Origin: Ranitomeya imitator
Taxonomy: Eukaryota
Direction: 5' to 3'
NCBI RefSeq assembly: GCF_032444005.1
Contig: NC_091289.1
Span: 30,256,001 to 30,320,000, forward strand
Length of the DNA stretch: 64,000 bases
Shown: positions 38,457 through 50,664 of the stretch, one piece after another
How the letters are laid out: every line of letters starts with the position of its first letter
How positions within the stretch are numbered: the stretch's first letter is position 1
Translations under genes and position numbers: made by a program
The notes under the pieces: generated by a model
What the model was told of the DNA's origin: nothing
The model's input: only the letters and a program-made list of their open reading frames with translations
Database searches by the model: none

Positions 38457-39434
38457 GGCTGGTTTCACATTTGCGTTTTTTGCCGCTGCGTTTTAACGCA
38501 TAAATACGCATGTGTCTTGTTTTCCTATATTTAACATTAAAAACGCATGCGTTTTGGCCACGTTTGACGACGCATGCGTCGTTTCGATGCTTGCGTTTTG
38601 GTGCGGAAATGCAACATGTAGTAATTTCTAGAGGCGTTTTTTTGCCGCAAAAAACCGCATGCGTTCGATTGCGTCAAAAAACGTATTGCTGTCTATGTAA
38701 ACGCATGCGTTTTTAAGCACATGCGTTTGGTTGCGTTTTTGAACGCATGCGTTTCAATAGAGGAAAACAAGTCTAGACACTGATAAGCCACCCCCCACCA
38801 TCAAGGTGATAAAGGGATCCAAACCCTAGCCCTAACCCTAGCCCCAACCCTATCCCTAACCCTAGCCCTAACCTTAGCCATAACCCTAACCCTAGCCCTA
38901 ACCCTAGCCCTAACCTTAGCCTTAGCCATAACCCTAACCCTAGCCCTAACCCTAGCCCTAACCCTAACCATAATGGGAAAATAGAAATAAATACAATTTT
39001 TTAATTTTTTCCTAACTAATGAGGAGTTGATGAAGGGGGTTTGATTTCTATTTATAGTGGGTTTTCTAGTGGATTTTTATGATTGGCAGCCGTCACACAC
39101 TAAAAGACGCTTTTTATTCCCAAAAATATTTTTTGCGTTACCACATTTTGAGAGCTACAATTTTTCCATATTTTGGTCCACAGAGTCATGTCACACGCCC
39201 TCTGTAGTCCCATTGGCGGTGTCTGGATCTTGATTTTTCTCTTGTGAAATTTCTCATCATGCGTACCAAAAGTGCAAACGCAGGAAAAAACGCATGTAAA
39301 CGTGTACAAACGCGGTGGTTTTTTAACCGCATGCGTCAACGCATGCGTCTAAAAAAACGCTGCGTTTGTACGCGTTAATATGCGTTTTTTCCTCCACTTG
39401 CGGATGCGTTTTAAACGCAAATGTGAAACTAGCC
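38457..39434. mobile_element. PIF/Harbinger-type non-autonomous element
   Basis: TIRs ggctggtttcacatttgcgttt / aaacgcaaatgtgaaactagcc; TSD TTA at 38454-38456 and 39435-39437. Confidence 0.9.
38820..38970. repeat. Telomere-like variant repeat (CCCTAA/CCCTAG) inside the Harbinger element
   Basis: aaccctagccctaaccctagcc... about 25 hexamers. Confidence 0.9.
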
Positions 39435-39859
39435 TTACCTTGACGAGCCAGAGATGGTATGTCACTCTCCATAAGGAGAAACGATACCCCTTATACCTCT
39501 TTAGACATCCTAAATAATAATAATAATCTTTATTTTTATATAGCGCTAACATATTCCGCAGCGCTAAATGAGTAAAACTGATTAACGCAGCAATAATTCT
39601 ACTAAGAAATTATGTTTTTTTATTAGAGAAGTTAAGAATAAATACAGTAAAATGAATCTTTAGCTCTCAGTAGTCCATTGCTCGTCATAAACAGCGCATT
39701 AAACTCCCGTCCTTTCGGCTTCTTACAAATCTTCAAATATTTTCATGTGTTTACGTTCTAAGTTGCTTTTTTATCTGCAAAATAATAATAATAAATATAA
39801 TAAACAAGAAGACGCTAATAATAAAACCTCTCTAGATATCAAGCCTTCACCTTCATATA

Positions 39860-39963
39860 CAGTGGGGTGCAAGTATTCAGACCCCTTTAAATTTTTCACC
39901 TTTTGTTTCATTGCAGCCATTTGGTAAATTCTAAAAAGTTCTTTTTTTTCACATTAATGTACG
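39860..39963 (+). mobile_element. Tc1-like terminal fragment
   Basis: TA followed by cagtggggtgcaagtattcagacccc, a typical Tc1 TIR start; no partner end seen. Confidence 0.6.
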
Positions 39964-40445
39964 CTCCCGAAGATCACACATGAGAATAACCCTTCTAACA
40001 TTTTTTGGACTATGTCACTATAAGGGTTCGTTCAGACGTATGATTTTTTTTTTTTTTTTGGTCCAGTTATTCTGATCGCAGAGTGGTATGAGTGTCATTC
40101 CATTTTCTTGCACGTGGCAAGATTTACAAGCTTATTTTTCTCCACCGTTTCCATTCTGACAGTCCGTGAAAATGGGACCGCACTCAGATGTCATTCGATT
40201 TTTATTTTATGGACCCATTGACTTTAATTCTCTATTATTATTTTTTTTTTTCATTTGACCCTCAGATCAGAACCGGATGTGTCTCCACGATTTTCTGTGG
40301 ACTTCTCGATCCAAGGAAAAAATCGTACACATTAATGGCCCCAATGACTATCACAGGTACGATTGCTAATTGTGAAAATCATGGAGAGCGCATATATTGC
40401 GGCAACCTACCAGACACAATAGCGTAGCTTCTGATGAAGGGTTAA

Positions 40446-40887
40446 AGGGAATCTGTCAGCAGGCTTTTGCTATGTAATCTGCTATCAGCATGCTGCAGAG
40501 GCATAGAGCCTGATTTTAGTGATCTATTGCTTATTGGATTACTGTAGCTTCACTACAATCAGTGTTTTATCAGCAGAGGATTCTCACTGCAGGACTAGGT
40601 GTCACGTGCCAGGCAGTCCTGCTAATCTGTGTAACCCCACCCCTATCACTGATTGGCAGCTTACTGACAATGTACACAGAAATCTGCCAATCAGTGGTGT
40701 GGGCGGAGTTATACACGGCTCACCATTCTGAGTGAGCTCTGCTAGATCTGCAGCAGAGAAAAAAAAACAGGGATTCTATAAACTGCACCAGGCAGTCCAG
40801 TAAGTGACACCTCACTGGGATCCGGGTCTCTGCCCCTGTATTATGCTGCTCTCAGATTACATAACCAAACCTGCTAACATATTCCCT
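40446..40887. mobile_element. T2/Kolobok-type MITE
   Basis: ttaa|agggaatctgtcagcagg ... cctgctaacatattccct|ttag. Confidence 0.75.
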
Positions 40888-41266
40888 TTAGATGTGATAG
40901 AGGATGATGTGATGATTCCTGAGGTCTGACCGCTGGGACCCCCAGCGATCCTGAGAAAAGGGGCTCCTGAATGGAGGTGTCTCGTGCATACCATGGGGTC
41001 TGCTCTGTTCACTGTAAATGATAGTGCCATGGGCATGATCCTCAACTCTTCTCTATGGGAGTTTTCTTGAGGACCACACCCCTTTAGCTAACAAGTCAAG
41101 AATCTTATAAAGGGAAGAGGGTCCATATATCTGGAACGGTAAGGTACAGGAACAAAAGAAAAAAAAACTCCAGATTCTGGGGTAAAAGCAGAATTTACAC
41201 CAGATAAATCAGGGGTGTCAAACTGCATTCCTCGAGGGCTGCAAACAGGTCATGTTTTCAGGATTT

Positions 41267-41642
41267 GGCCGGCTTCACACTTGCGAGTTTTACGGACGTA
41301 AGAGCGCAGAAACTACGTCCGTAAAACTCGCAAAAAATACGGCACAATTATTCTCTATGCCCCTGCTCCTATCTGCCGTATTTTACTGATCAGTATTATA
41401 CGGCTTTCTACGGCCGTACAAAATCGCAGCATGCTGCGTTTGTCACCGTACTGCGCAAGAAATACGCCAATGAAAGTCTATGGAAGCGTGAAAAATACGG
41501 ATTACACACGGACAAGCAGTGTGACTTGCGAGAAATACGCAGCGCTGTTAGAGAGAAAAGCTGGTAATTCAGTGCGGTGTACAGTAAAATCACACTGACA
41601 GCTTACAGTAGAATAGGTAGAATAAATGTGTACACATAGAAT

Positions 41643-41683
<41 letters not shown>

Positions 41684-43449
41684 AGTGAGACACATATATG
41701 TATATATATTAATATTTATTCCAGCGCTATACAGCTTGAAAGCCGGTAATTCAATTACCGGCTTTTTCTTTCTCCTTCCTAAAACCCGACATGATTTGAG
41801 ACATGGTTTACATACAGTAAACCATGTCTTCTCTCCATTTTTTTTGCATATTCCACACTACTAATGTCAGTAGAGTGTATCTGCAAAATTTGGCCGTTCT
41901 AGCTCTTAAAATAAAGGGTTAAATGGCGGAAAAAATTGGCGTGGGCTCCCGCGCAATTTTCTCCGCCAGAGTAGTAAAGCCAGTGACTGAGGGCAGATAT
42001 TAATAGCCTGGAGAGGGTCCATGGTTATTGGCCCCCCCCTGGCTAAAAATATCTGCCCCCAGCCACCCCAGAAAAGGCACATCTGGAAGATGCGCCTATT
42101 CTGGCACTTGGCCACTCTCTTCCCATTCCCGTGTAGCGGTGGGATATGGGGTAATGAAGGGTTAATGCCACCTAGAAAGCCTGGGAGCCTGGGAGCTTTC
42201 TAGGTAAGTTCCCACGATCTATGAACATCCAGCAGAGGGCGCCTCACCGCAAATGAAGCTAAATATAGCTCATTGATCTATATTTAGACTCATTCCCCGG
42301 GGTTTTGCAGCGAGGAGTAGCATTGCATTAGCAAAGCTCCTTGCTGCAAAATGTTTTAACCCCTTCAGAAGGATTTACATCGTTGGACGTTACAGATCTG
42401 CGGAGGGTAAGTATATTGTTGGTTTATTATGTTTTTTCTTTCACAGAACGAGGGTCTTCAGTGACTGGATTGGGCGTAGAATAAAATACTCCAACAACCA
42501 TTGTTTTTATTTCATTAAAATAATTTTAAATAATGTGTTTGTGTTTTATTTAACCCTTTACTACAATTGGATTAATAATGGATAGGTGTCATAATTGACG
42601 CCTCTCCATTATTAATTAGGCTTAATGTCACCTTACAATTGCAAGGTGGCATTAACCCTTCATTACCCCATATCCCACCGCTACACGGGAATGGGAAGAG
42701 AGTGGCCAAGTGCCAGAATAGGCGCATCTTCCAGATGTGCCTTTTCTGGGGTGGCTGAGGGCAGGTGTTTTTAGCCAGGGGGGGGCCAATAACCATGGAC
42801 CCTCTCCAGGCTATTAATATCTGCCCTCAGTCACTGGCTTTACTACTCTGGCGGAGAAAATTGCGCGGGAGCCCACGCCAATTTTTTCCGCCATTTAACC
42901 CTTTATTTTAAGAGCTAGAACGGCCAAATTTTGCAAATACACACTACTAACATTAGTAGTGTGGAATATGCAAAAAAAATGGAGAGAAGACATGGTTTAC
43001 TGTATGTAAACCATGTCTCAAATCATGTCGGGTTTTAGGAAGGAGAAAGAAAAAGCCGGTAATTGAATTACCGGCTTTCAAGCTGTATAGCGCTGGAAAA
43101 AATATTAATATATATNNNNNNNNNNNNNNNNNNNNNNNNNNNNNNNNNNNNNNNNNNNNNNNNNNNNNNNNNNNNNNNNNNNNNNNNNNNNNNNNNNNNN
43201 NNNNNNNNNNNNNNNNNNNNNNNNNNNNNNNNNNNNNNNNNNNNATAGCGGTATGTTGGTTTTGCAAGCCTGCGAGAAAACCACGCAGTACGGATGCCAT
43301 ACGGATTACATACGGAGGATGCCATGCGCAAAAAACGCTGACACACCCTGCCTACGGAGGAGCTACGGACCACTATTTTCGGGACATTTCAGCGTATTAC
43401 GGCCGTAATATACGGACCGTATTTTCATACGCTGAGTGTGAAGCCGGCC
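41267..43449. mobile_element. PIF/Harbinger-like element nested in the hAT MITE, with a long internal inverted repeat
   Basis: TIRs ggccggcttcacac / gtgtgaagccggcc; 3-bp duplication TTT (41264-41266, 43450-43452); ~470-bp inverted arms 41700-42173 and 42644-43115. Confidence 0.85.
43116..43244. other. Assembly gap (N run)
   Basis: N run at the end of the long inverted arm. Confidence 1.
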
Positions 43450-44269
43450 TTTCCTTGTACTGCACAGGTGATAATTTAATCACCAACTCATTATTTGTGT
43501 AGGTGATTAAATTATCACCTGTGCAGTACAAGGAAATCCTGAAAACATGACCTGTTTGCAGCCCTCGAGGAATGCAGTTTGACACCCCTGAGATAAATAA
43601 TTACATATTAATGATAAGGGGATGATATGTAAAGCCCAGGTTATACGGTAATGCTGGTGGTATGGAACCCCTTTCTTACCGCTGGTCCTATTGTTGGCAT
43701 GTATAATAAACACAAGAACAAGATATTGTTAATACGAGTATACGTACAATAATGTGATGTATAGTGGATGAAACCCTATTGGCGTGGAATTTTTGGGATT
43801 CCTATAAAAATGAATGAACAGACACGTTCACCTTTCCTCTGACAGACGAGAACGCTGGGGACCTAATCCTGATCTAGAGGCAGGTGTCACCAGGGAGACC
43901 CTCATCGATCATACATTCATCGTACCCTATAATGTGCAGGATGATTATGCCCCTTTAAGGCTTTGTGGACATAGCTGTTTTTCTCGCAGGTGCAGAGGGG
44001 GAGGCTGCGACCGTGAGCGGGCATGTACAGGAGGTGGGTCCGCCGACACAAGAGCCTATTCCAGCTGGATGTGCGTCCAAGGACACACATTCAGCTGAAG
44101 TGTATCGCTGCCCCGGGACCTGTCAGCTCCCTGACCCTGCAATACATGCCGCAGGCCAATCAGAGGCGGCAGCTGACGTCAGCGTGCCCGTCATAAGCGG
44201 CACATGGCAGAGATGTCATGCGCACGCAGAATCAGCTGCAGGCTACAGAAGAGGACACCGTAACAGGAT

Positions 44270-45060
44270 GGGTCTCAGGATGGGGACATTTCACCAGGAA
44301 AGGGACATTTCACCAGGAAGGGGCACAGGATGGGGACATTTCACCAGGAAGGGGCCCAAGATGGGAAACATTGTTATGGCATGGGGGACATTCTACAAAA
44401 AAAGGGACCCATGATGGGGGAAATTATACCAGGATGGCATATATTGTTACAGTAAGAGACCAGGATGGGAGACATTATATCAGGAAGGGTCCCAGGATGG
44501 GGGACATTTCATCAGGAAAGGGCCCATGATGAAGGACATTGTTATAGCATGGGGACATTATACAAAGAAGGAGCCAATAATGGGGAAAATTATACCAGGA
44601 TAGCATATATTGTTACAGGAAGAAACCAAGATGGGGAACATTATTACAGAAAGGGGCAGAAAAGGCGAGGATAAGGGACTTTATTACAGGAAGAGGCCCA
44701 GGATAGGGGACATTATAACAGAATGGGGGTCATTATACCAGGAGGGGGCCTAGGATGAGAGACATAATTACAGGATGGGGGCCTAGGCAGGGGACATTAT
44801 TACAGAAAGGGGCCCAGGTTCGGAGACATTATTACAGGAAGGGACCAGGATGGGGGACATTATACCAGGAAGGGGCCTAGGATGATAGACATAATTACAT
44901 GATGGGGGCCTAGGCAGGGGATATTATTACTGAAAGGGGCCAAGCTTCAGGGACATTATTACAGGAAGGAGCCAGGATGGTGGACATTATTTCAGAAAGG
45001 GGATGAAAAGCCAGGGACGGGGGATATTAATACAGGAAGGTGCCATAATGGGGACATTAT
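44270..45060. repeat. Degenerate ~32-bp repeat (ggggacattattacaggaaggggcccaggatgg); same family in reverse at 53690-54060
   Basis: Recurrent caggatggggga / ggacattat motifs; ends near the hAT-like terminus ctagttacgccaccg at 45126-45140. Confidence 0.75.
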
Positions 45061-45990
45061 TACATGGGTCTAGAACGCTATCAAGGCTGATGTCCAAATT
45101 TTGCAATGGGGTCCATGGGATGATTCTAGTTACGCCACCGGATATCGCCTTTAATTCCGCAATATACCTTTTTCAATTTTTAATTGGTGCATATGGGTGA
45201 CACATGCCACATCTTTACAGGGGAATAAATCGGAGCCTTATGTCACAGGAAGATGTTATAGGGAGATGTGAACGGGGCCCAATATGTCTGTTTAGTATTC
45301 TTGTGACTCTTGGGCTATACACAGGTCGTGCGGCCAAAGATTGCCACATGCCGCTGCTACGTCGCTAGTGAAGGGGGTCACATAATGACCTGTAAGACAC
45401 CACGACAAGCAAGTGGAGTTGCAAGAAAATTCAGGGCTAGTTGGACACTTTGCGATTTACTCCTCACAGTCCTAGTACTTTGCATTATGCTGAGATATAT
45501 CGGCAGTAGGCAGTGATTTTTTGGCTATACGACCCATGTCTCTGCGGACCCCCAGCCTATGAAGACATTGCACAGTATAAGATGCCAGGTCATTATTTTA
45601 TTATATCCAATATAATCCATTAATCTGGAATCCGCATCCAGTTGTTCAGAAATAAGTAGCAGTTTATTATTATTAGGCCAGGACCATAGGAAATATTCCC
45701 AAGCCCCGTCTTACCTATTCACCTCTTCCTGCACGTCGTCATCCACTTCTGCTTCCTGCGATACATGGGTGGTCTGAGTTGGGGGCCTGGGTCATTTTCA
45801 GAAAGATAAAAAGCTAAATAATCCCATCACAAATAATAAGATATTTCCATTTAAAATGCAAAATATATTCTCAGGTTCTTCACCTTTGGGGACATTGTGT
45901 TTCCTTTACTTAAATTCATGTATTTGGGGCTAAAATTTATTTTTGCAATTGTGTATAATTAAACTTTTTGCACAGTTTGGCCTTTACAGG

Positions 45991-47941
45991 CAGGGCTGGC
46001 GTCAGCACCCGGCGTACCCAGACAAGTGCCGGGGCCCTGGCGAGATGGGGGCCCATTCAGGGCCGGCGTTAGGGGCAGGCAGCTGCTTAGGGCCCCCGCT
46101 CCACCAGGGGCCCTCAGCTAGCGGCACATGAGCAGCCGCTATGAGGCCTCTGTGAGGCAGGGGGGCCCGCCTGTCACCAGCCCCAACTCCCCCGCCGCAT
46201 TGAACTACACCTGACGCTCCCTCTCCCATCATTCCTCACTCTGCCTCTGACACTGCCGCTGTGGGTGCACAATGACGTCATCGCGCACTTGCTGTGTGTC
46301 AGGCAGTGCAGCGGCAGCCGCCGAGACCGGAGCAGGGAGCAGCGCCCAGCACGGGCACGTTGAGAAGTGAGGAGTGTTTTGGTTTTTTTTTGTAACTATA
46401 ACAGTGAGTACTGGACTATGGGGCCATTCTTGGGGGGAGGAGGGCTGTGCTGTATACTACATGTCTGTGCTATATACTACATGGCTGTGTTATATTCTAC
46501 GTGGGCTGTGCCTGTGCTATATACTATATGGGCTGTTATATCCTACGTGGGCTGTGCTCTATACTGTATGGGCTGTTATATACTACTTGGGCTGTGCTAT
46601 ATACTACATGGCTGTGCTATATACTACATGGATGTGTTATATACTACGTGGCTGTGCCATATACTATATGGGCTGTTATATGCTACGTGGGCTGTGTTGT
46701 ATACTACATGTCTGTGCTATATACTACATGGCCATGTTATATACTACGTGGGCTTTTTTATATACTATATGGGCTGTTATATGCTACGTGGACTGAGCTG
46801 TATACTACATGTCTGTGCTATATACTACATGGCTGTGTTATATACTACGTGGGCTTTGCTATATACTACATGGCTGTTCTATATACTACATGGGCCCTGT
46901 TATATACTATGTGGCGGTGCTATATACTATATGGGCAGTTATATGCTACGTGGGCTGTGCTATATACTACATGGCTGTTCTATATACTACATGGGCCGTG
47001 TTATATACTACGTGGGCTGTGTTATATAATATGTGGCTGTGCTATATACTATATAGGCTGTTATATGCTACGTGGGCTGTGCTATATACTACATGGCTGT
47101 GTTATATCCTACGTGGGCTGTGCTCTATACTATATGGGCTGTTATATACTACATGGCTGTGCTATATACTACATGGCTGTGCTATATACTACATGGATGT
47201 GTTATATACTACGTGGGCTTTGCTATATACTACATGGCTGTTCTATATACTACATGGGCCCTGTTATATACTATGTGGCGGTGCTATATACTATATGGGC
47301 TGTTATATTCTACGTGGGCTGTGCTATATACTACATGGCTATTCTATATACTACGTGGGCCGTGTTATATACTACGTGGGCTGTGTTATATAATATGTGA
47401 CTGTGCTATATACTATATAGGCTGTTATATGCTACGTGGGCTGTGCTATGTACTACATGGCTGTGCCATATACTATATGGGCTGTTATATGCTACGTGGA
47501 CTGAGCTGTATACTACATGTCTGTGCTATATACTACATGGCTGTGTTATATACTACGTGGGCTTTGCTATATACTACATGGCTGTTCTATATACTACATG
47601 GGCCCTGTTATATACTATGTGGCGGTGCTATATACTATATGGGCTGTTATATGCTACGTGGGCTGTGCTATATATTACATGGCTGTTCTATATACTACGT
47701 GGGCCGTGTTATATACTACATGGGCTGTGTTATATAATATGTGACTGTGCTATATACTATATAGGCTGTTATATGCTACGTGGGCTGTGCTATGTACTAC
47801 ATGGCTGTGTTATATACTACGTGGGCTGTGTTATATGCTACATGGCTGTGTTATATGCGATCATGAATTGTGGTATGTGTTAAAGGGGGGCCCACTGAGA
47901 CTCTTTCGCCCGGGGCACTCAAAAACCTGGAGCCGGCCCTG
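45991..47941. mobile_element. hAT-type non-autonomous element carrying an internal minisatellite
   Basis: TIRs cagggctggc / gccggccctg; 8-bp TSD TTTACAGG at 45983-45990 and 47942-47949. Confidence 0.92.
46440..47860. repeat. ~21-bp minisatellite (gggctgtgctatatactacat-like) with ~350-bp higher-order units
   Basis: Direct periodicity; ORFs at 46809 and 47517 share an identical 75-aa translation. Confidence 0.93.
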
Positions 47942-47979
47942 TTTACAGGCTCCTGGTTCCCTGCACATTGAACTTTTAA

Positions 47980-48287
47980 AGGGGCTGTCTGGAACCTTTA
48001 CATTGATGGCCGATTCTTAGGTCATCAGTGTCTTATAAATAGGGGCGAGACAATCAGCAAACCGGCCAATCAGCTGCTGACGTGAATAGGTGGCGGATGT
48101 GCAGTTCCCGGCCACTTTATAGTTAATGGAATTGTGCTGTGCAGCTCCACAACTGAGCACTTCCAGATGCCGCAGGCACTGGCAACATCTGATCGGCACG
48201 GGCACGGGGTGTCACTCTACCACCGATCAGATATTGATCATCTATCCTAAGGATAGGCCGTCAATGTAAAACTCCTGGAAAACCCGT
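47980..48287. mobile_element. T2/Kolobok-type MITE
   Basis: ttaa|aggggctgtctgg ... ggaaaacccgt|ttca (right TSD mutated). Confidence 0.7.
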
Positions 48288-48395
48288 TTCAGTGGTCTGT
48301 CGTCATAAATCAGCTGAGAAGTCCCCAGAAAAGAAAAAAAATAGATACAAGAGTAACAAACTCCTTCATTAGACCATCAGAAGGAGCTCACTCAC

Positions 48396-48419
48396 TGATA
48401 GATTCTCAGATAGCACATT
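48396..48419 (-). other. Candidate 24-nt micro-exon (AATGTGCTATCTGAGAATCTATCA) of the unannotated gene
   Basis: Acceptor ctgtcttttgctggctgcag; donor gtgagt; followed by an 82-nt intron-like segment (48395-48314) ending ttttcttttctggggacttctcag. Reading phase unresolved. Confidence 0.4.
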
Positions 48420-49245
48420 CTGCAGCCAGCAAAAGACAGTGCAACACAGAGGCTGTAGAAGTCAGACGGTGCAAAATATTTTATGAAACCCAATTGCAAA
48501 AATCATTGCTGAGCCCAGAATAAATGTATTTCAATAAAACAAAATGAGAAAAAAAACACTTTTATCAGGACAAGCAATACACATTAAAGATCTATCTGTG
48601 CATTTACATCACATAACCACTAGATGGTGCTGTGTCAATGCAAATTCTACATAACCTTGTTGTTTCTGGGCTAATAGCTGTAAATGGAGCAGGGGATTAT
48701 GGGGACAGAAGATCTTTTCAGAGACCTTATATAATAATTCATGTTTTCCTAAAATGTATCTTTGGACTACAGAGTGACGACAACGCAGCACTGGGATGTG
48801 ACATGCCGTTATGCCGCACTTTGAATGCTTCAAATGTGGCAAATTTGCTGCTTTGGGCACAGAGCAAAACTCGCAAAAATGGAAATCACATATTTTATAT
48901 ATTTCAATTCCTATTTTAAAAGAAAAAAGTAAAAGGGACAAACAAAAAAAAAAAACAAAGAGAAAATTTAAATCTGCAAATCAGTGATGTCAGGGATCCT
49001 GTAATGGTGCGAAGTCCAGTCTGATAGTCCTGACCGCGGGGTCAGGTGCCTGTTCTGTGATCTCACCCGACAGCTACGTGACAGTGATACCGCACATAGC
49101 TCTGTGCCATCCGCCTGGTTGTGTAATTCACCCTTGTAACTGATTGGTGGCGCGCTGACCTCAGAGACCCCAAAGATCCTCGCAATGAAGGTAGTGCAGC
49201 ACTAGGACCCCTTTATTGTTTTACTACAGCACGACCATCACTTAA

Positions 49246-49703
49246 AGAAGCTCTCCTCCTTCCATCAAAGTTTTTATCCTCTTAATATATTTCAGTCATT
49301 AGATTACATAGCACTGTGTACGTACAATTGCTCATTTTACCTTTTCTACCCAGATAATTCTTCTCTTTTCTCTGCTTTATGTAGAAACAGGAAGTCTCTT
49401 GTCCCTGCATTTATCATTCTCCTCCTTAACTCGTGACCCAGTTGCTCCCTCTTTCCCCCATCAGAGACTTTCTCATTTACTCATGACTCATGCAGGAAAA
49501 ATTTACCTCCCGTTTCTACATAGAGCTTAGAAGGATTCAGCTAGTCAGTTATTAATCACGTGATGTCACAGACCTAATGGAAAAGAGAAGAATCATCTGG
49601 GTAGAAAGGCAAAATGAGCAATTGTAAGTACACAGTGCTGTATAACATGATGACTGCAATATATTAAGAGGATACAAATTTTGATCAGAATAGGAGTGCT
49701 TTG
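49246..49703. mobile_element. Palindromic T2-type MITE; a related copy lies at about 56880-57250
   Basis: TTAA flanks (49242-49245, 49704-49707); internal inverted arms tacaattgctcattttacct...ctacccagat / atctgggtagaaaggcaaaatgagcaattgta shared with the 56.9-kb copy. Confidence 0.75.
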
Positions 49704-49776
49704 TTAATTAAATGAGAATAACCCCATATATTATGGCCCATTACTCCATGAGTACATAAATAATGTCGGAGCCTAC

Positions 49777-49794
49777 CTGCCTTCACTGTCATCC
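49777..49794 (-). CDS. Candidate unannotated gene, exon 3 (18 nt, W-DDSEG-R/S)
   Basis: Acceptor atttctttttattctctttacatttag; donor cag|gtaggc; phase 2 to 2, in frame with the two preceding candidate exons. Confidence 0.5.
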
Positions 49795-49881
49795 CTAAAT
49801 GTAAAGAGAATAAAAAGAAATATTGGCATAGCGTCACTCCATGATAGAATAATACATCAATCATCTCCTGATCCAGAGTTA

Positions 49882-50067
49882 GGCTTTGTGCACACAACGT
49901 CTTATTCTCCGCAGAACGCGATGGGTTTTTCCAGCATGAGACAAATCAGGAAACTCTGGAGTTTTATTTTTTTCTGCAGCGTCTTTTTCCTGAACGTTTA
50001 TTCTTTTGAAAGGTTTTTGACAGATTTTTCAGGCGTTTACAGCCTTAAAACATGTGTGCACATAGCC
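49882..50067. mobile_element. PIF/Harbinger (Tourist-like) MITE, 186 bp
   Basis: TIRs ggctttgtgcacaca / tgtgtgcacatagcc; TSD TTA/TTA. Confidence 0.85.
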
Positions 50068-50537
50068 TTATAGCTTATTGTACTCCAGAGCTGAACTCAT
50101 AATTCTGTTAGTAAAAATCACAAGGGGGAGGGGGGGGGGGGGGAGTAAATTTGTGAAAAAATTTTGGAACTTTTTAAAAAGTCAAATTAGTCAAAAACAT
50201 CTGGAGATTGTGAACCCCACTGACAGTGGCGGGAGTGAAAAAAACAAAGAAAACAAACGAGAACAATGAATCTAAACGTTAAAAAAAAGCCAAATAAAAG
50301 GAGAATAATGAGCAAATTTTTTTAAAAAAATAGACATATGAAAGTGCGAATGCCATAATGAATCAGGTGCATATATACTTTTATGTGTGCCGTCTGATGG
50401 ATCCACACAACACATATAACGTGTGGCATAAAAACTGTCATTTTAATCTGTATATTACTGCAGTAATAATAGTAACAGAAGAAAAGGAATAAAGTATAGC
50501 ATGGTATAATATAAAGTAATAAAATATCAGATCTTAC

Positions 50538-50559
50538 CAGTCTCCAGCTTCTCTTGCAA
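50538..50559 (-). CDS. Candidate unannotated gene, exon 2 (22 nt, V-AREAGD)
   Basis: Acceptor acttttgtttcttttag; donor ctg|gtaaga; 77-nt intron from exon 1; phase 1 to 2. Confidence 0.55.
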
Positions 50560-50636
50560 CTAAAAGAAACAAAAGTCTCAGATACTTGTCATTCTAATAG
50601 AATTATATAAGAACATATGTCTCCAGTCCGTCTCAC

Positions 50637-50664
50637 CAGTGACAGCTGATGGCCCGCAGCCCAT
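50637..50664 (-). CDS. Candidate unannotated gene, first coding exon (MGCGPSAVT)
   Basis: ATG in strong context (gacATGG); donor ctg|gtgaga; MGCxxS N-terminus. Confidence 0.55.

Larger units (their letters stand above)
41210..43590. mobile_element. hAT-type MITE (outer), split by a nested insertion
   Basis: TIRs caggggtgtcaaactgcattcctcgagggctgcaaacaggtcatg / reverse complement ending at 43590; 8-bp TSD AGATAAAT at 41202-41209 and 43591-43598. Confidence 0.92.

Noticed and set aside
39727-39774. 48-nt exon-like unit on the minus strand (ttgcag ... gtaaga)
   Set aside because: Stops in all three frames; cannot be assigned to a transcript
46367-47883. Tyr/Cys-rich ORFs of up to 317 aa
   Set aside because: Minisatellite inside a hAT element
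48820-48910. Strong acceptor at 48911 as the next coding exon
   Set aside because: In the phase delivered by exon 3 it stops at once (AGG AAT TGA). It remains possible as a terminal exon giving a 24-aa peptide, but is not supportable as an internal exon.
50219-50457. Acceptor-like sites at 50458 and 50220 as extra exons of the candidate gene
   Set aside because: Good acceptors but no convincing downstream donor; the phase-compatible reading reaches stops
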